A DNA stretch of 64,000 nt, taken from an uncultured Lyngbya sp. GTDB taxonomy: Bacteria > Cyanobacteriota > Cyanobacteriia > Cyanobacteriales > Microcoleaceae. Each line of letters begins with the position of its first letter. Positions within the stretch are counted from its first letter, which is position 1. The notes beneath the pieces were generated by a model. It did not search any database. It worked only from the letters and a program-made list of their open reading frames with translations, and was not told the DNA's origin. The stretch covers positions 42,663 to 106,662 of the forward strand of contig CAYSWY010000003.1 of NCBI GenBank assembly GCA_964434975.1, given 5' to 3'. Shown piece after piece: positions 40,797 to 51,454 of the stretch. The position numbers and the translations under genes are program-made.

Positions 40797-42382
40797 ATGG
40801 AATGATAATTTCGCAACAGATAAAATCTATTGGTTTAACTTTATTAAAAATTTTAGGTTTAGGTATTCTGTTTGGCATTGCTTATGTACAGCAACCGCTT
40901 TATACATCTAACCAGAATACAAAGTTTTTACAGGGAATGGCTGCAGCGGGTTATGGCTATTTAGATCAAGATTGGTTAGCCAATACTCTAGATCCTTTGC
41001 CTGTATTTACGACTCTCATACAATTGACTCAAACTTATCTTTCTGCTGAATTTTTCTATATTTATTATTGGATATTATTCGGAATTTATATTTATAGCCT
41101 GATAGAAATTGCAGCGATTCTGTTTGATTTAAAATCTTATAATCAAAAACTGATTTATTTTGTGTTGTTAGTTGCCATTCATTGCTTAGAAATTAATGTT
41201 TTTGACTTTGAAACCCATATTCATCTGCATTATGGTGTGGCAAAACAATATATTTTAGGCTCATATTTTCAAACCAGTAACTTTGGTGTGTTTCTGATTT
41301 TATCGATTTATCTATTTTTGTCTAAAAAATATACAGCCTCAATTATTTCTTTAGCCATTGCTGCTACAGTTCATCCGACTTATTTACCCAGCGCAGCGAT
41401 TTTAACCCTATCTTATTTACTCATCCGTTATCAAAAAAAACAGCAACTAACTCAAATCATTCCCATGGGATTTTTGTCTTTAACTTTAGTCCTGCCTGTT
41501 GTGGTTTATATGACGATTACTTTTCCCGATACCTCGCCAGAAATTGCCGAACAAGCCAAAACATTATTAATTAGTAGAATTCCCCACCACTCCTTACCTC
41601 AAATCTGGCTCGACTCAGTCGCTTGGATACAAATTTTAGTGATAATATTGGCAATTTATCTGGTGCGTAAAACTCAAATTAATCTTATTTTATTAATTCC
41701 GTTTGGTTTAGCGGCGCTGCTTACAATCACTCAACTATTGACTCAGAATAAAACCTTAGCCTTCTTAACCCCTTGGCGAGTCTCTGCCTTTTTAATGCCC
41801 CTTGCCACCAGCTTAATTTTAGCCGTATTTGTTAATCTCTTATTTAATCAATATCATGTATTTTTGAGTCGGTATCGGCAAATTATTAATCTTATTTTTC
41901 TAACAATTTTAGCCGTATTTGTCATCGTCGGCATCAGCGATCAACTCAAAGAACTCAACCGTAGCCATTCCCATGACTCCGTAATGGCATTTGTCAAACA
42001 AAATAAAATGAATAATGATCTCTATCTTGTCCCTCATACCTCCGGTAACTTTATCCCCTTTCGACTAAACACTGGCGCACCCATTTTAATCAATCAGAAA
42101 TCTCATCCTTACAAAGATACAGAAGTGCTTGAATGGCATAATCGGTTAATGATGGCACAACAATTTTACGGCCCTGAATTTCGTCCGACTCGTTGCCAAA
42201 CTTTAGAGCAAATTGTAACTTTTTATCAAGTGACTCATGTCATCTTAGAGCAAGGCGATCGCTTAGAATGTGGAGGATGGGACAATATCTACGGTGACGA
42301 ACGCTATCGGGTGTACCAACGAATATCACAACTTAACAGTTCTAAATCTGTAAGCGCAGAGGACAGCTTTAAATTAAAATAA
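40793..42382 (+). CDS. Polytopic membrane protein with a C-terminal soluble domain (GT-C-like?)
   Basis: Its ATG at 40793 overlaps the stop of the preceding gene (ATGA). It contains PLYTSNQNTKFLQGMAAAGYGYLDQDWLANTLDPLP followed by more than 10 TM helices. The C-terminal domain resembles that of the two paralogues (IPF..., PY..., AQQFY..., THVILE). Confidence 0.5.
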   Translation: MNGMIISQQIKSIGLTLLKILGLGILFGIAYVQQPLYTSNQNTKFLQGMAAAGYGYLDQDWLANTLDPLPVFTTLIQLTQTYLSAEFFYIYYWILFGIYIYSLIEIAAILFDLKSYNQKLIYFVLLVAIHCLEINVFDFETHIHLHYGVAKQYILGSYFQTSNFGVFLILSIYLFLSKKYTASIISLAIAATVHPTYLPSAAILTLSYLLIRYQKKQQLTQIIPMGFLSLTLVLPVVVYMTITFPDTSPEIAEQAKTLLISRIPHHSLPQIWLDSVAWIQILVIILAIYLVRKTQINLILLIPFGLAALLTITQLLTQNKTLAFLTPWRVSAFLMPLATSLILAVFVNLLFNQYHVFLSRYRQIINLIFLTILAVFVIVGISDQLKELNRSHSHDSVMAFVKQNKMNNDLYLVPHTSGNFIPFRLNTGAPILINQKSHPYKDTEVLEWHNRLMMAQQFYGPEFRPTRCQTLEQIVTFYQVTHVILEQGDRLECGGWDNIYGDERYRVYQRISQLNSSKSVSAEDSFKLK

Positions 42383-42724
42383 CTCCGTCTCAAGTTTTGA
42401 AAGCTTTTAGGTACAATGGGGACGAAAGCAACTGAAGCACTGCTCTGTTTGTCAGCCTTTGAGGTCTGATGAATGCCATCAACATTTCTGATAGGAGAGT
42501 TAGGACTCTAGTTCAAATCCGCTGCGGTGTCTTGAACGCCACAACGCGGTTACAGTTTGAGTGGATATGATTTAGGAAAGCTGATAATCTATCCATGAGC
42601 CAATAGACAGGCGGATTGATTGGATCAGACTGGCCAATAACTTGATTTATCCTGAGGTAATCAATCACTTGCTGATTAATCTACAATTAGGAATTCTCTT
42701 GTTCCCTGACCCGGGATAACTAGA

Positions 42725-45340
42725 ATGCAGACTCAGTTCCTCGACAGTGTGATGGGTAAAATAGGACGATATTTGTTAATCACGCTCGTGATTGCAGTCG
42801 TTATGAGTGAAATTTTACAACTCACTTTTCATCAATCTTTATTTCCGCTCTTTTTCTCTCCGATTTCTCTAGGGGCAGGAATTGCTCCGGCCATACTATA
42901 TTTACTGAGTTATCGTTATGGGTCAGGCATTGCTTTAGGAACCTTTTTTGCATTCCTGGCTCAAGATACGAGTTCTGTGATTCCGGCTTTTGTGGTCACC
43001 CTGACCATTCTACTACAGGCTTATTTTGGCACTTGGCTGATGCATCGTTTGCGGTTATCTCCAACCCTGGAACAACTCCAAGATGTATTAGGACTGATTG
43101 TCGTAGTGGCAGGGATTTCCAGTTTAGTTGAGCCGACTTTAAGCTTGATTTATTTTTCCCTACAACCCACCCCAAATGAGATTAACTGGTTCAACACCTG
43201 GCAAACCCTGTGGCTAGCTGATCTGGTTGGTATTTTAACAATTACGCCACTGCTACTGACTTGGGGAGCCCGGCTACAACAACACTATCAACAAACTAAT
43301 CCCCGTCAAAATTGGATAATACGTTCTCTCAAAGGCATTTGGTTACGTCGCCCCATTGCTGAATTTTCCAAGCCCGACCCAGCCAATACAATCCCGAGAA
43401 AAGTCCGTCGATATGGATTGTATCAGCTTGAAGCCATGATTTGGTTAGGGGGATTAATGGCGATGAGTTGGTTTGTATTTTGCTCCCGAACCCGCGCTGC
43501 ATCGATTCGTTATCCTTTAGAATATCTACCCTTTCCATTGCTGATTTGGGTGGCCTTGCGATTTGGTCAACGAGGCACGACTTTAGCCCATTGCTTAATT
43601 GCTGGGTTTGCCATTTGGGGAGTGGCGCGCGACAGTGGGCCGTTTATTGACCGGGTGACTGATATTCCTCAAATCTTCTCCCTACAAGCGTTTGTGATTG
43701 TGATGGCGGTGACAGGATTGGTGTTAGCGGCGACGGTTGCAGAACGGCGACAGGCTGAAGCGTCTTTACGAACCAGTCAAGCCAGTTTAGCCAACGCTCA
43801 GCAAATTGCCAAGATGGGTCATTGGGATTATGATCTACAGCTTCAAACCTGGTATTGGTCAGAAGAGTTATATCGCATCTTAGGGTTAAGTCCTCATCCC
43901 ACTGCACCCAGCGTTGAAAATTTCCTCAAACAGGTTCATCCCCAAGACCAAGACTGGGTGAGTCATGCAGTGGATCAAGCACTGGCTCAGCGGCAGCCTT
44001 ATTATATTGATTATCGGTTAGTGTTGCCCAATGGGGACTCTCGCTTCGTCTGTGAACAGGTGGTGATTACTCCAACTCACATTACAGGCACAGTGCAAGA
44101 TATTACCGACCGCAAACAAACTGAGATGGCGTTACGCTTGAGTGAAGAACGGTTTTCTAAAGCCTTTAAAGCTAATCCGATTGGGTTAAGTATTTCTACT
44201 TTTCCAGAAGGTCGTTTTTTAGATGTGAATGAAAGTTTTTTACAACAGCTTGGTAGAAGTCTAAAAACAATCCGAAATCGAACCATGAGCCAGCTTCAGT
44301 TATGGGCTGATCCAGACTTTTATCCAAGTATTGTACAGCAAGTTTCAAAACACGGTCATCTTCATAATTTAGAAACTCAGGTTCAAACTCACTCGGGTGA
44401 ATTGCGTGATTGGTTGATTTCTTTAGAGTTAGTTGATTTAGCCGGGAATCAATGTCTGTTAATGATGGCTCAAGATATTACAGAACGCAAATGCACCGAA
44501 GAGTTGCGGATGGCAAAAGAAGCCGCCGAAGCTGCAAATCGAGCCAAGAGTTTATTCCTGGCTAATATGAGCCATGAATTACGAACGCCTCTGAATGCTA
44601 TTTTAGGATACAGTGAATTACTCAAAGAAGAAGCACAAGAACTGGGTCAAGATGATTTTGTTGCGGATTTAAAAAATATTCACGTCGCCGGAAAACATCT
44701 ACTGAATTTAATTAGTGATATTTTAGATTTTTCTAAAATTGAAGCGGGTCGGATGAATTTTTACTTAGAAACTTGTGATGTTAAAACGTTAATTTGGGAA
44801 GTTGAAGCCACCATTATGCCAATGGCTGAGAAAAATAAAAATCATCTCACAATTGATCTGGCTGACTCTGTCAAATTAATGTATACTGACGTTACAAAAG
44901 TCAGGCAATCTTTGCTGAATTTAATGAGTAATGCGTGTAAGTTTACTCAAGAGGGTTCAGTCACTCTGAAAGTTTGGCAAGAAAATAGTCAGCTTCAACA
45001 TCATCCTGTTGTTCCCCCGCCTGATGCAGATGTTTCTGTGGCTGACCATCACATTGATTCTGCCACCGTTGCTGAACCTGAATTTGATCTGGTGTTTCAA
45101 GTCAGTGATACTGGGATTGGCATGAGTAATCAGCAAATCGCGACTATTTTTAATCCTTTTACTCAAGCTGATGAAAGTACCACCCGTCAATATGGTGGAA
45201 CGGGTTTAGGATTAACCATTACCCGAAAACTGTGTCTGATGATGGGGGGAGATCTCAGCGTAGCGAGTGAATTGGGTCAGGGATCAACCTTTACCATGCG
45301 GCTGCCTCAAAAACTCTTCTATAGCGCTGAGGAAGCATAA
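42725..45340 (+). CDS. Membrane sensor histidine kinase (MASE1-like multi-TM N-terminus, two PAS domains, HisKA, HATPase)
   Basis: The H-box is [22 protein letters not shown]. The HATPase boxes are [17 protein letters not shown] and [15 protein letters not shown] blocks end in DITDRKQTE and DITERKCTE. Confidence 0.88.
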   Translation: MQTQFLDSVMGKIGRYLLITLVIAVVMSEILQLTFHQSLFPLFFSPISLGAGIAPAILYLLSYRYGSGIALGTFFAFLAQDTSSVIPAFVVTLTILLQAYFGTWLMHRLRLSPTLEQLQDVLGLIVVVAGISSLVEPTLSLIYFSLQPTPNEINWFNTWQTLWLADLVGILTITPLLLTWGARLQQHYQQTNPRQNWIIRSLKGIWLRRPIAEFSKPDPANTIPRKVRRYGLYQLEAMIWLGGLMAMSWFVFCSRTRAASIRYPLEYLPFPLLIWVALRFGQRGTTLAHCLIAGFAIWGVARDSGPFIDRVTDIPQIFSLQAFVIVMAVTGLVLAATVAERRQAEASLRTSQASLANAQQIAKMGHWDYDLQLQTWYWSEELYRILGLSPHPTAPSVENFLKQVHPQDQDWVSHAVDQALAQRQPYYIDYRLVLPNGDSRFVCEQVVITPTHITGTVQDITDRKQTEMALRLSEERFSKAFKANPIGLSISTFPEGRFLDVNESFLQQLGRSLKTIRNRTMSQLQLWADPDFYPSIVQQVSKHGHLHNLETQVQTHSGELRDWLISLELVDLAGNQCLLMMAQDITERKCTEELRMAKEAAEAANRAKSLFLANMSHELRTPLNAILGYSELLKEEAQELGQDDFVADLKNIHVAGKHLLNLISDILDFSKIEAGRMNFYLETCDVKTLIWEVEATIMPMAEKNKNHLTIDLADSVKLMYTDVTKVRQSLLNLMSNACKFTQEGSVTLKVWQENSQLQHHPVVPPPDADVSVADHHIDSATVAEPEFDLVFQVSDTGIGMSNQQIATIFNPFTQADESTTRQYGGTGLGLTITRKLCLMMGGDLSVASELGQGSTFTMRLPQKLFYSAEEA

Positions 45341-45357
45341 TTTGTTGACAATTTGTC

Positions 45358-45388
45358 TAGGTGGTGCGTCTGTCGGACACACCCTACA
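45358..45388. repeat. GGTGCGTC..GACACACC hairpin of the GTAGGGTGC...GCACC repeat family; possible bidirectional terminator
   Basis: The sequence is taggtggtgcgtctgtcggacacaccctaca, between two convergent genes, and is followed by a TTTTT run on the + strand. Its reverse complement closely matches 59888-59912 (about 22 of 25 positions by eye). Confidence 0.5.
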
Positions 45389-45458
45389 ATTTTTGCTATC
45401 TGTTTATCGGTTATTGAAAATCACCAACAATAAATCACGAATCACAAATCACTAAACT

Positions 45459-45920
45459 TTAACTTTGCGAAACAGTCTGCAATGTTTTCAGCGCTTCATC
45501 GACATGGCGGTCAAACTCTAACATCGAATCAAAGATATGTCGGATCTTACCGTAGGTGTCAATCACATAGGTGACTCGACCCGGAAGTACCCACAGCGTA
45601 GAGGGAACACCATAGCGCTTACGCAGTTCATTACCGTTATCGCTGAGCAACATAAAGGGTAAATTGTACTTGGTGGCAAACTGTTGATGAGATTGACTAG
45701 AGTCTCCGCTGACTCCTATTACTTCTGCACCTGCTTCGGTAAAGACTTCATAGCGATCGCGAAAAGCACAGGCTTCTTTAGTACAACCTGGGGTGTCATC
45801 TTTGGGATAAAAATAAAGAACAACAGCTTTTTTCCCACGAAAGTCACTTAAACTGACTAAATCACCCGTTTGTGACGGTAACATAAAATCGGGTGCAACA
45901 TCTCCAACTTTAACTGTCAT
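45459..45920 (-). CDS. bcp: Peroxiredoxin, PrxQ/BCP type
   Basis: It contains [23 protein letters not shown], with the peroxidatic and resolving Cys 5 residues apart. The length is 153 aa. Confidence 0.9.
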   Translation of the reverse strand: MTVKVGDVAPDFMLPSQTGDLVSLSDFRGKKAVVLYFYPKDDTPGCTKEACAFRDRYEVFTEAGAEVIGVSGDSSQSHQQFATKYNLPFMLLSDNGNELRKRYGVPSTLWVLPGRVTYVIDTYGKIRHIFDSMLEFDRHVDEALKTLQTVSQS

Positions 45921-46259
45921 ATTTATCTAACCCTGTCTTTGCTAATGTAACAAAGTGTTAACTTTTATCATGTTAACGCATCCCGACTGTGTTATGCATC
46001 TGTCGATGATGATTATTCCAGACATTTAAGATAATGATTGGTACATCTGATACTCAAGAGAGCTTATTATCAGACTATTGATCATAATCATAATGACTTA
46101 AACCCAACTGCGTGAGAGATATAAACTCAATGGCGATGATATGAATCATAAAATAGGCTGCTGTGGAAAACAATGCACAAATTTATCACTGTGACAGTAT
46201 AGTATTCAAATATTAATATCTGATTTTATGTAGCGTTGATACCTCAGCCTCAATCACTT

Positions 46260-46940
46260 ATGACAACTGACTCCATCGAAATTGATTTATCACCGTTAAT
46301 TGACCATACTTTCTTAAATCCAATTGCTTCTCCCCAAGAAATTGAACAATGCTGCCAGCAAGCAGTACGGTATCAATTTGCAACTGTGTGTGTTTATCCC
46401 AGTTACGTGCGTTTGGTGACAGAACAGTTACGGGGTAAATCCCCTAAAGTTTGTACAGTGATTGGGTTTCCTTCGGGTGCAACCACATCATCGGTCAAAC
46501 TCTATGAAGCGCAAGAAGCCGTAGAAAATGGAGCCACAGAGTTAGATGTGATGATTAATCTCAGTTTAATTAGACAACAACAAACCCAGAAGCTTTACCA
46601 GGAAATTGCAGAAATTTGTCAAGAGACTGGACAAACGGTTAAAGCGATCATTGAAACGGCGGTATTAACAGATACAGAAAAACAGCTCGTCACAGAAGTT
46701 TTAATTGATGCCGGGGCAACTTGGGTACAAACAAATACGGGGTGGTACGGAGGAGCAATGGTCGAAGATGTGCGGTTACTGAAACAATTCTCAAAAGGGC
46801 AATTAGGAATTAAAGCAGCCGGTCAAATTCGCCACTACAACCAAGCCGCCGACTTAGTGCTGGCTGGTGCCGCCCGTTTAGGAACATCTTATAGTGTTGA
46901 AATTGTGCGAAAGCAAAACCAAACAGAGGAAGATAATTAA
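46260..46940 (+). CDS. deoC: Deoxyribose-phosphate aldolase-like protein
   Basis: It contains IDHTFLNP...ATVCVYPSYV, TVIGFPSG, ELDVMINL, VKAIIETAVL and GIKAAGQIR...GAARLGTS. However, WVQTNTGW replaces the usual (F/V)KTSTG(F/W). I prefer the ATG at 46260 over the TTG at 46236. Confidence 0.7.
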   Translation: MTTDSIEIDLSPLIDHTFLNPIASPQEIEQCCQQAVRYQFATVCVYPSYVRLVTEQLRGKSPKVCTVIGFPSGATTSSVKLYEAQEAVENGATELDVMINLSLIRQQQTQKLYQEIAEICQETGQTVKAIIETAVLTDTEKQLVTEVLIDAGATWVQTNTGWYGGAMVEDVRLLKQFSKGQLGIKAAGQIRHYNQAADLVLAGAARLGTSYSVEIVRKQNQTEEDN

Positions 46941-47068
46941 GTTTGTTATGGGTTCAGTGTTAGTTGTCATTTGTAGGCAATACAGTCAGAAATATAAACG
47001 CCTGACTCCTTACTCCCCTCGTCTTTCCTTCTGCCGACTCAATATTTATTCAATCATTATTACTGCAT

Positions 47069-48301
47069 ATGGTCGATATTCTCACACTGACCCGACTAGA
47101 TCCAACCCATCAAACTCCTCTGCAACAATGGGAGTTTTCAGCGAAGTCTGCGATTAATATTGGACGGGCAAGCGATAATCAGGTGGTGATTGTTGATCCG
47201 TTGGTTTCTCGCTACCATGTTGAGTTACAACCCCTAGAACCGGGTGGTTTATCGGTGGGCTGGCGTTTAATCAATCGGGGGACGAATGGGACTTATGTCA
47301 ATGGTATTTTAACCAGTCAGACCTTAATTACCAGCGGCATGGTCTTAGAATTGGCTCGGGGTGGGCCGCTGCTGCAACTTCAGTTAAAATCAGTGGCGAT
47401 CGCTACTCCTAGTCCATCCGGCTGTAGCCACAGTGGCAACCCAGCAGAAAATTTATTTTGTATTCATTGTGGTTATCCCATTCAGGTTGAACGGAATATT
47501 CGAGAATATCTTGTATTACGAACCATAGGACGAGGGGGTATGGGTTCAACTGCGGTGGCTTGGCATCCTCCCACCGTTCAAATGATGTCTTATCACAGTC
47601 AACCCATCCCGCCAATGGTCGTACTCAAAGAAATGAATGCAGATATGTCCCGCATTGCCAAAGCCAGAGAATTATTTGAGCGCGAAGCCCGCATTTTGAA
47701 AGGATTAAATCATCCGGGTATTCCTCAATTCTACGATTTCTTCATTGAAGACGGTAAAAAGTATTTAGTCATGGAGATGATTCATGGTCAAGATTTAGAG
47801 AAACGAGTTCAGCAATACGGCCCGGTGTTACCACAGCAAGGGATTGATTGGATGCGGCAAACTTGCAAGATTTTAGATTACATTCATCGTCAGCAACCCC
47901 CCCTGATTCACCGAGATGTGAAGCCTGCTAATCTCTTACTACGTCAGCGAGATAACTGCATTATCCTCATCGATTTTGGAGCGGTTAAAGAAATTGGAAC
48001 TCCCCCTGGTACTCGCATTGGTGCAGAGGGATACAGCGCTCCTGAACAAGACCGTGGACAACCTTTAACACAATCAGACATATATGCGATTGGAACCACG
48101 CTGATTTTCTTATTAACGGGTGAAAGTCCGCTCAAGTTCTATGGTAAACAGCAAATGGGTTATGGGTTTAATCTTGATGCTGTTCCCACAATTCCCCCCA
48201 AACTACGAGATGTGATTGATTGCGCTACAGCCTATCGGGTGCGCGATCGCTACGCATCTGCTCAAGCAGTGGCGGATGCTTTGGAGAATGCTTTGGAGTG
48301 A
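47069..48301 (+). CDS. FHA domain, zinc-ribbon and Ser/Thr protein kinase fusion
   Basis: The FHA domain contains INIGRASDNQVVIVDPLVSRYHVEL...NRGTNGTYVNG. The zinc-ribbon is CSHSG...CIHCGYP. The kinase motifs are GRGGMG, VVLKEM, HRDVKPANLLL, DFG and SAPE. Confidence 0.85.
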   Translation: MVDILTLTRLDPTHQTPLQQWEFSAKSAINIGRASDNQVVIVDPLVSRYHVELQPLEPGGLSVGWRLINRGTNGTYVNGILTSQTLITSGMVLELARGGPLLQLQLKSVAIATPSPSGCSHSGNPAENLFCIHCGYPIQVERNIREYLVLRTIGRGGMGSTAVAWHPPTVQMMSYHSQPIPPMVVLKEMNADMSRIAKARELFEREARILKGLNHPGIPQFYDFFIEDGKKYLVMEMIHGQDLEKRVQQYGPVLPQQGIDWMRQTCKILDYIHRQQPPLIHRDVKPANLLLRQRDNCIILIDFGAVKEIGTPPGTRIGAEGYSAPEQDRGQPLTQSDIYAIGTTLIFLLTGESPLKFYGKQQMGYGFNLDAVPTIPPKLRDVIDCATAYRVRDRYASAQAVADALENALE

Positions 48302-48307
48302 TACTGT

Positions 48308-48322
48308 GAGAGAGAGAGAGAG
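48308..48322. repeat. (GA)7.5 microsatellite
   Basis: The sequence gagagagagagagag lies directly after the kinase stop codon. Confidence 0.9.
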
Positions 48323-48383
48323 TGATTGAGTATCGATTCGCGGGCGTATTGTGTTGCTTTATTTAAATATAGGTGAGAGTGTT

Positions 48384-48602
48384 TTAATCTTCGTCCCAAG
48401 CATCTACAGCAATCAGTTCGCTAATCGGATCTTGCATAGAAAAGCCAAATTCTAATAGCTCTTTCTTCCAAAAATCCCAATCTTTCTCATACAGAAAGGC
48501 TATTTTCCAAAGCCGATCTGTTGGCTGAATAATATTTGAATTGACGAGAGAGCTCACCTGAGTTTGGAATTTCTCCATCGGGTGTATAACCTGTTGGCTC
48601 AT
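48384..48602 (-). CDS. Small hypothetical protein
   Basis: This is an ORF with an internal ATG (MSQQVIHPMEKF...). The ORF-track TTG start at 48656 is also possible. I recognised no family. Confidence 0.3.
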   Translation of the reverse strand: MSQQVIHPMEKFQTQVSSLVNSNIIQPTDRLWKIAFLYEKDWDFWKKELLEFGFSMQDPISELIAVDAWDED

Positions 48603-48987
48603 AATACCTCTTAAGTTGTTTAAATTTTCAAATGGTTTACTTTTTGTTTTTCCCAAAGACGCAATCTGATGGATGCATGGATTGTAAGTTGTCTTAGGAA
48701 ATAGTTATCCATAATTCAAACAATAGCATAAGCGGGTGACAATTGTGTGACGATTTTCACAAAATTGAAACTTTATCAAAATATGGGTCATTCTGCTGTG
48801 CTTGATACTCTTGCAAGTCCCAACTCATCGGCTGTGAAGCATAGCATTATCAATCAGTGGGAAACCCTATAATTTCAAAAGCGGGTTAGATGGTAGATGA
48901 TGAACAATTGCAGTGGGTACAGGATATCTAGACATCGGCTGTATGAGCCGAGGCCGATTGAAAACTAGAAGAATTGATGATAATTTT

Positions 48988-49272
48988 CTAAATTGAGTGG
49001 TTGGATAATTTTGATCCAATTAGAATTAATAGTGTAATTAAGCCGAGTGCGCGACGAAAATAGTTAACACCATCAAACAATTCTAACCAAGCCCAGGTAA
49101 ATAAAGATCCAAATGCAATTGCATCTACAGCGATGTAGAGATTACCATAGGTGAAAAGAAATTTTAGTGCTGTGGTTGTAATGCCTGCAATTAAAGGTAA
49201 ATTAGGGGGCTGAGCAATGACAATATTACCTTCACTATCTCGGAAAATTTTATCAAATAAACTGCTATCCAT
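48988..49272 (-). CDS. Small hypothetical membrane protein (94 aa)
   Basis: It has three hydrophobic segments and an ATG start. Confidence 0.45.
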   Translation of the reverse strand: MDSSLFDKIFRDSEGNIVIAQPPNLPLIAGITTTALKFLFTYGNLYIAVDAIAFGSLFTWAWLELFDGVNYFRRALGLITLLILIGSKLSNHSI

Positions 49273-49471
49273 GAATTATAAAATCTGCTATTTTTCCTAA
49301 ACTTTAGTCTACTTGGTGTCATTCAGACTCATCCTCTCTCTGGAGTTATAAATAGGAAAAGTTCTAACTTTAAAGGTAGATCATATTCAATCATAGAATT
49401 GACCCCAATTCAGCTAAACTGGGGTCGGTAAAATTCTCAACTGTGGAGAATGAATGATTTAAATGTAGTGA

Positions 49472-49897
49472 TTATTCTGAGTCGGGAGATTTTTGCAGCA
49501 ATTCACTGCTAATACATCCTCCAAACCAATTCCAACCAGAGCGTTCTGTTTTCGGGACAAAATGCGCGACGACATCGGTTGAATTGACCTGATACATCTT
49601 ATCAATCTCTGCCTCAGCCCAAATTCCCCACGGCGCTCTAACCTGAATTCTGTCCCCCACGTTGAAAGTATCACCCGCTGCATTTTGGACTTCTGTCAGC
49701 TCAGGGATCTTTCTGGGCTTGGGTTTAGGGGTTCTAGAGGGTCTAGAAAAAGATTTTTGCGGTTTAGGACTCGGACGAGTGACCAGTTTTTTGGTCGTTT
49801 CTACTGGTTTCTGCTCCTCTTTAACCTCAGTCGGTTCCGGTGTTGCCGGTGGCTCAGGCTTATTGGGTTTGTTAACAGCTATAATTTTATTACTCAT
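49472..49897 (-). CDS. Hypothetical protein with a Lys/Pro-rich N-terminal half
   Basis: The 141-aa protein starts with a low-complexity region, KPNKPEPPATPEPTEVKEEQKPVE...PKPKPRK. A compact C-terminal domain follows (GDRIQVRAPWGIWAEAEI...). Confidence 0.45.
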   Translation of the reverse strand: MSNKIIAVNKPNKPEPPATPEPTEVKEEQKPVETTKKLVTRPSPKPQKSFSRPSRTPKPKPRKIPELTEVQNAAGDTFNVGDRIQVRAPWGIWAEAEIDKMYQVNSTDVVAHFVPKTERSGWNWFGGCISSELLQKSPDSE

Positions 49898-50629
49898 GCA
49901 TTCACTTTGCTTTAGGGCTGCCTAACAATTTTGAAGTTTAAATTGATGTTCTTATTTTAACATACTCACTGTCTAAGTCAAATCCGTACGTTTCTAAAGA
50001 AAGCTAAGCAAAAAACCTGAAAAAAACTATCTGATTGAGTAGTGAAACAGGTGTATATGCATCTAAAAAGCCTAATCTGCTCGGTTCTCGACACAAAATT
50101 GATAGATTTTATCAAACTGATTACCCGTTAAAATTTGTCATAACAGTTCATTTTGCCTCAGTATTCTCTTTTTTAATCTGGAAGAATTTTAAAGATAAAA
50201 AACTCAACTTCAGAATAGATTCATTTGTGGGTTCTCAGTCATTTCTCAAGTGTATAAATGGGTCAATCGCCATAAGGCTAACGCCAGGCGCGCGCGTCAA
50301 AATATCCAGGGTAAAGCAATAGAACTGAAAATAATCTCTCGACTCAGAATAACTATAAGCCTTAAATCATAACCGCTGTATCCCCATCGGCGCAACCCTG
50401 GACTGACAAGAGTGAATCGATCCGTCACTTGAACAATAGCGTAAATTTACATAAAGCGTTCCACAAAGCGGTACACTTCAGTTCAATTTAGTTTAAAATG
50501 CTGAAGTGAAGTTCTGACAAACACCGAACAAAATCACTGTTGTTGTTTGATTCTCTTAATGACAAAGTGAAAACAATTGTTGTATAAAACTCTGGGGCAA
50601 GGAAGAAAATCGAGGAGTTAAGATTTTAA

Positions 50630-51448
50630 ATGGATATACAAGAACTATTTGCAAAAGGCGGGCCTGCCATGTGGCCCCTGCTGGTTTTATCAATTTTATC
50701 AGTTAGTACAATTATTGAACGGTTATGGTTTTGGGCCAATACCCTCACCCGAGAACAACAAATTTTTAATCGTGTGATCGATGCAGCCCGCCGGGGACAA
50801 TGGGGCGTTGCTTATCAAACCGCAAAACAAGTCAATAATCAACCGATGGGACGGTTTTTATATGCACCCCTCAGCCTAGAAACTCCAGAACCTGAATTGT
50901 TTAGCTTAGCATTAGAAGCGTCGGCAGATGAAGAATTGGCAGCGATGCGTCGGGGTGACAAAATCTTAGAAGCGGTGATTGCCCTGTCCCCAATGTTAGG
51001 ATTACTGGGAACTGTTTTAGGGTTAATCAACTCTTTGGGTTCAATTCGTTTAGGGGATATTGGAACTTCTTCGGCTTCTGAGGTGACATTAGGCATTGGC
51101 GAAGCGTTAATTAGTACTGCCACGGGTTTGATTATCGCCATTGTCAGTTTAACGTTTTATCGTCTATTTCAAGCCTTTTCTTTTAGTCAAACGAAGGTTT
51201 TTCATAAAGCGGGAAATGAGATGGAGTTAATTTATCGTCAAGATTGGCCGAGCGTGAAATCTCAGTTATCTTGGTTAGATCAGCCAGAAGTTGAACCCGA
51301 ACCATTAGCAGAAGAACCAGAACAAGAACCAAGAGAACAAACAGAACCGAACATGGTTCTTTTCCCCTTAAAACCGGAAGATCAATCAACTGAAACCGCC
51401 AATATTATGGATGAATCTATAAACTTAGATGAAAAACAGGAGTCTTAA
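50630..51448 (+). CDS. exbB: MotA/TolQ/ExbB-family proton channel protein
   Basis: It contains [37 protein letters not shown] and [25 protein letters not shown]. An AGGAG lies upstream. The C-terminal tail is acidic and PE-rich. Confidence 0.85.
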   Translation: MDIQELFAKGGPAMWPLLVLSILSVSTIIERLWFWANTLTREQQIFNRVIDAARRGQWGVAYQTAKQVNNQPMGRFLYAPLSLETPEPELFSLALEASADEELAAMRRGDKILEAVIALSPMLGLLGTVLGLINSLGSIRLGDIGTSSASEVTLGIGEALISTATGLIIAIVSLTFYRLFQAFSFSQTKVFHKAGNEMELIYRQDWPSVKSQLSWLDQPEVEPEPLAEEPEQEPREQTEPNMVLFPLKPEDQSTETANIMDESINLDEKQES

Positions 51449-51454
51449 ACTGCG

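Noticed and set aside
42490-42535. A tRNA-like T-loop string (tagttcaaatccgctg) in the 340-bp spacer upstream of the MASE1-like kinase
   Set aside because: The flanking bases do not form a T-stem (tctag versus ccgct). No acceptor or anticodon arms can be drawn, so it is not a tRNA or tmRNA.
50035-50322. A 95-aa ORF in the 730-bp spacer upstream of exbB
   Set aside because: It has a TTG start, no RBS and no family signature, and it lies in an AT-rich region. It is more likely promoter or leader DNA. A cacttcag...ctgaagtg hairpin at about 50473-50509 is the only structure I noted there.
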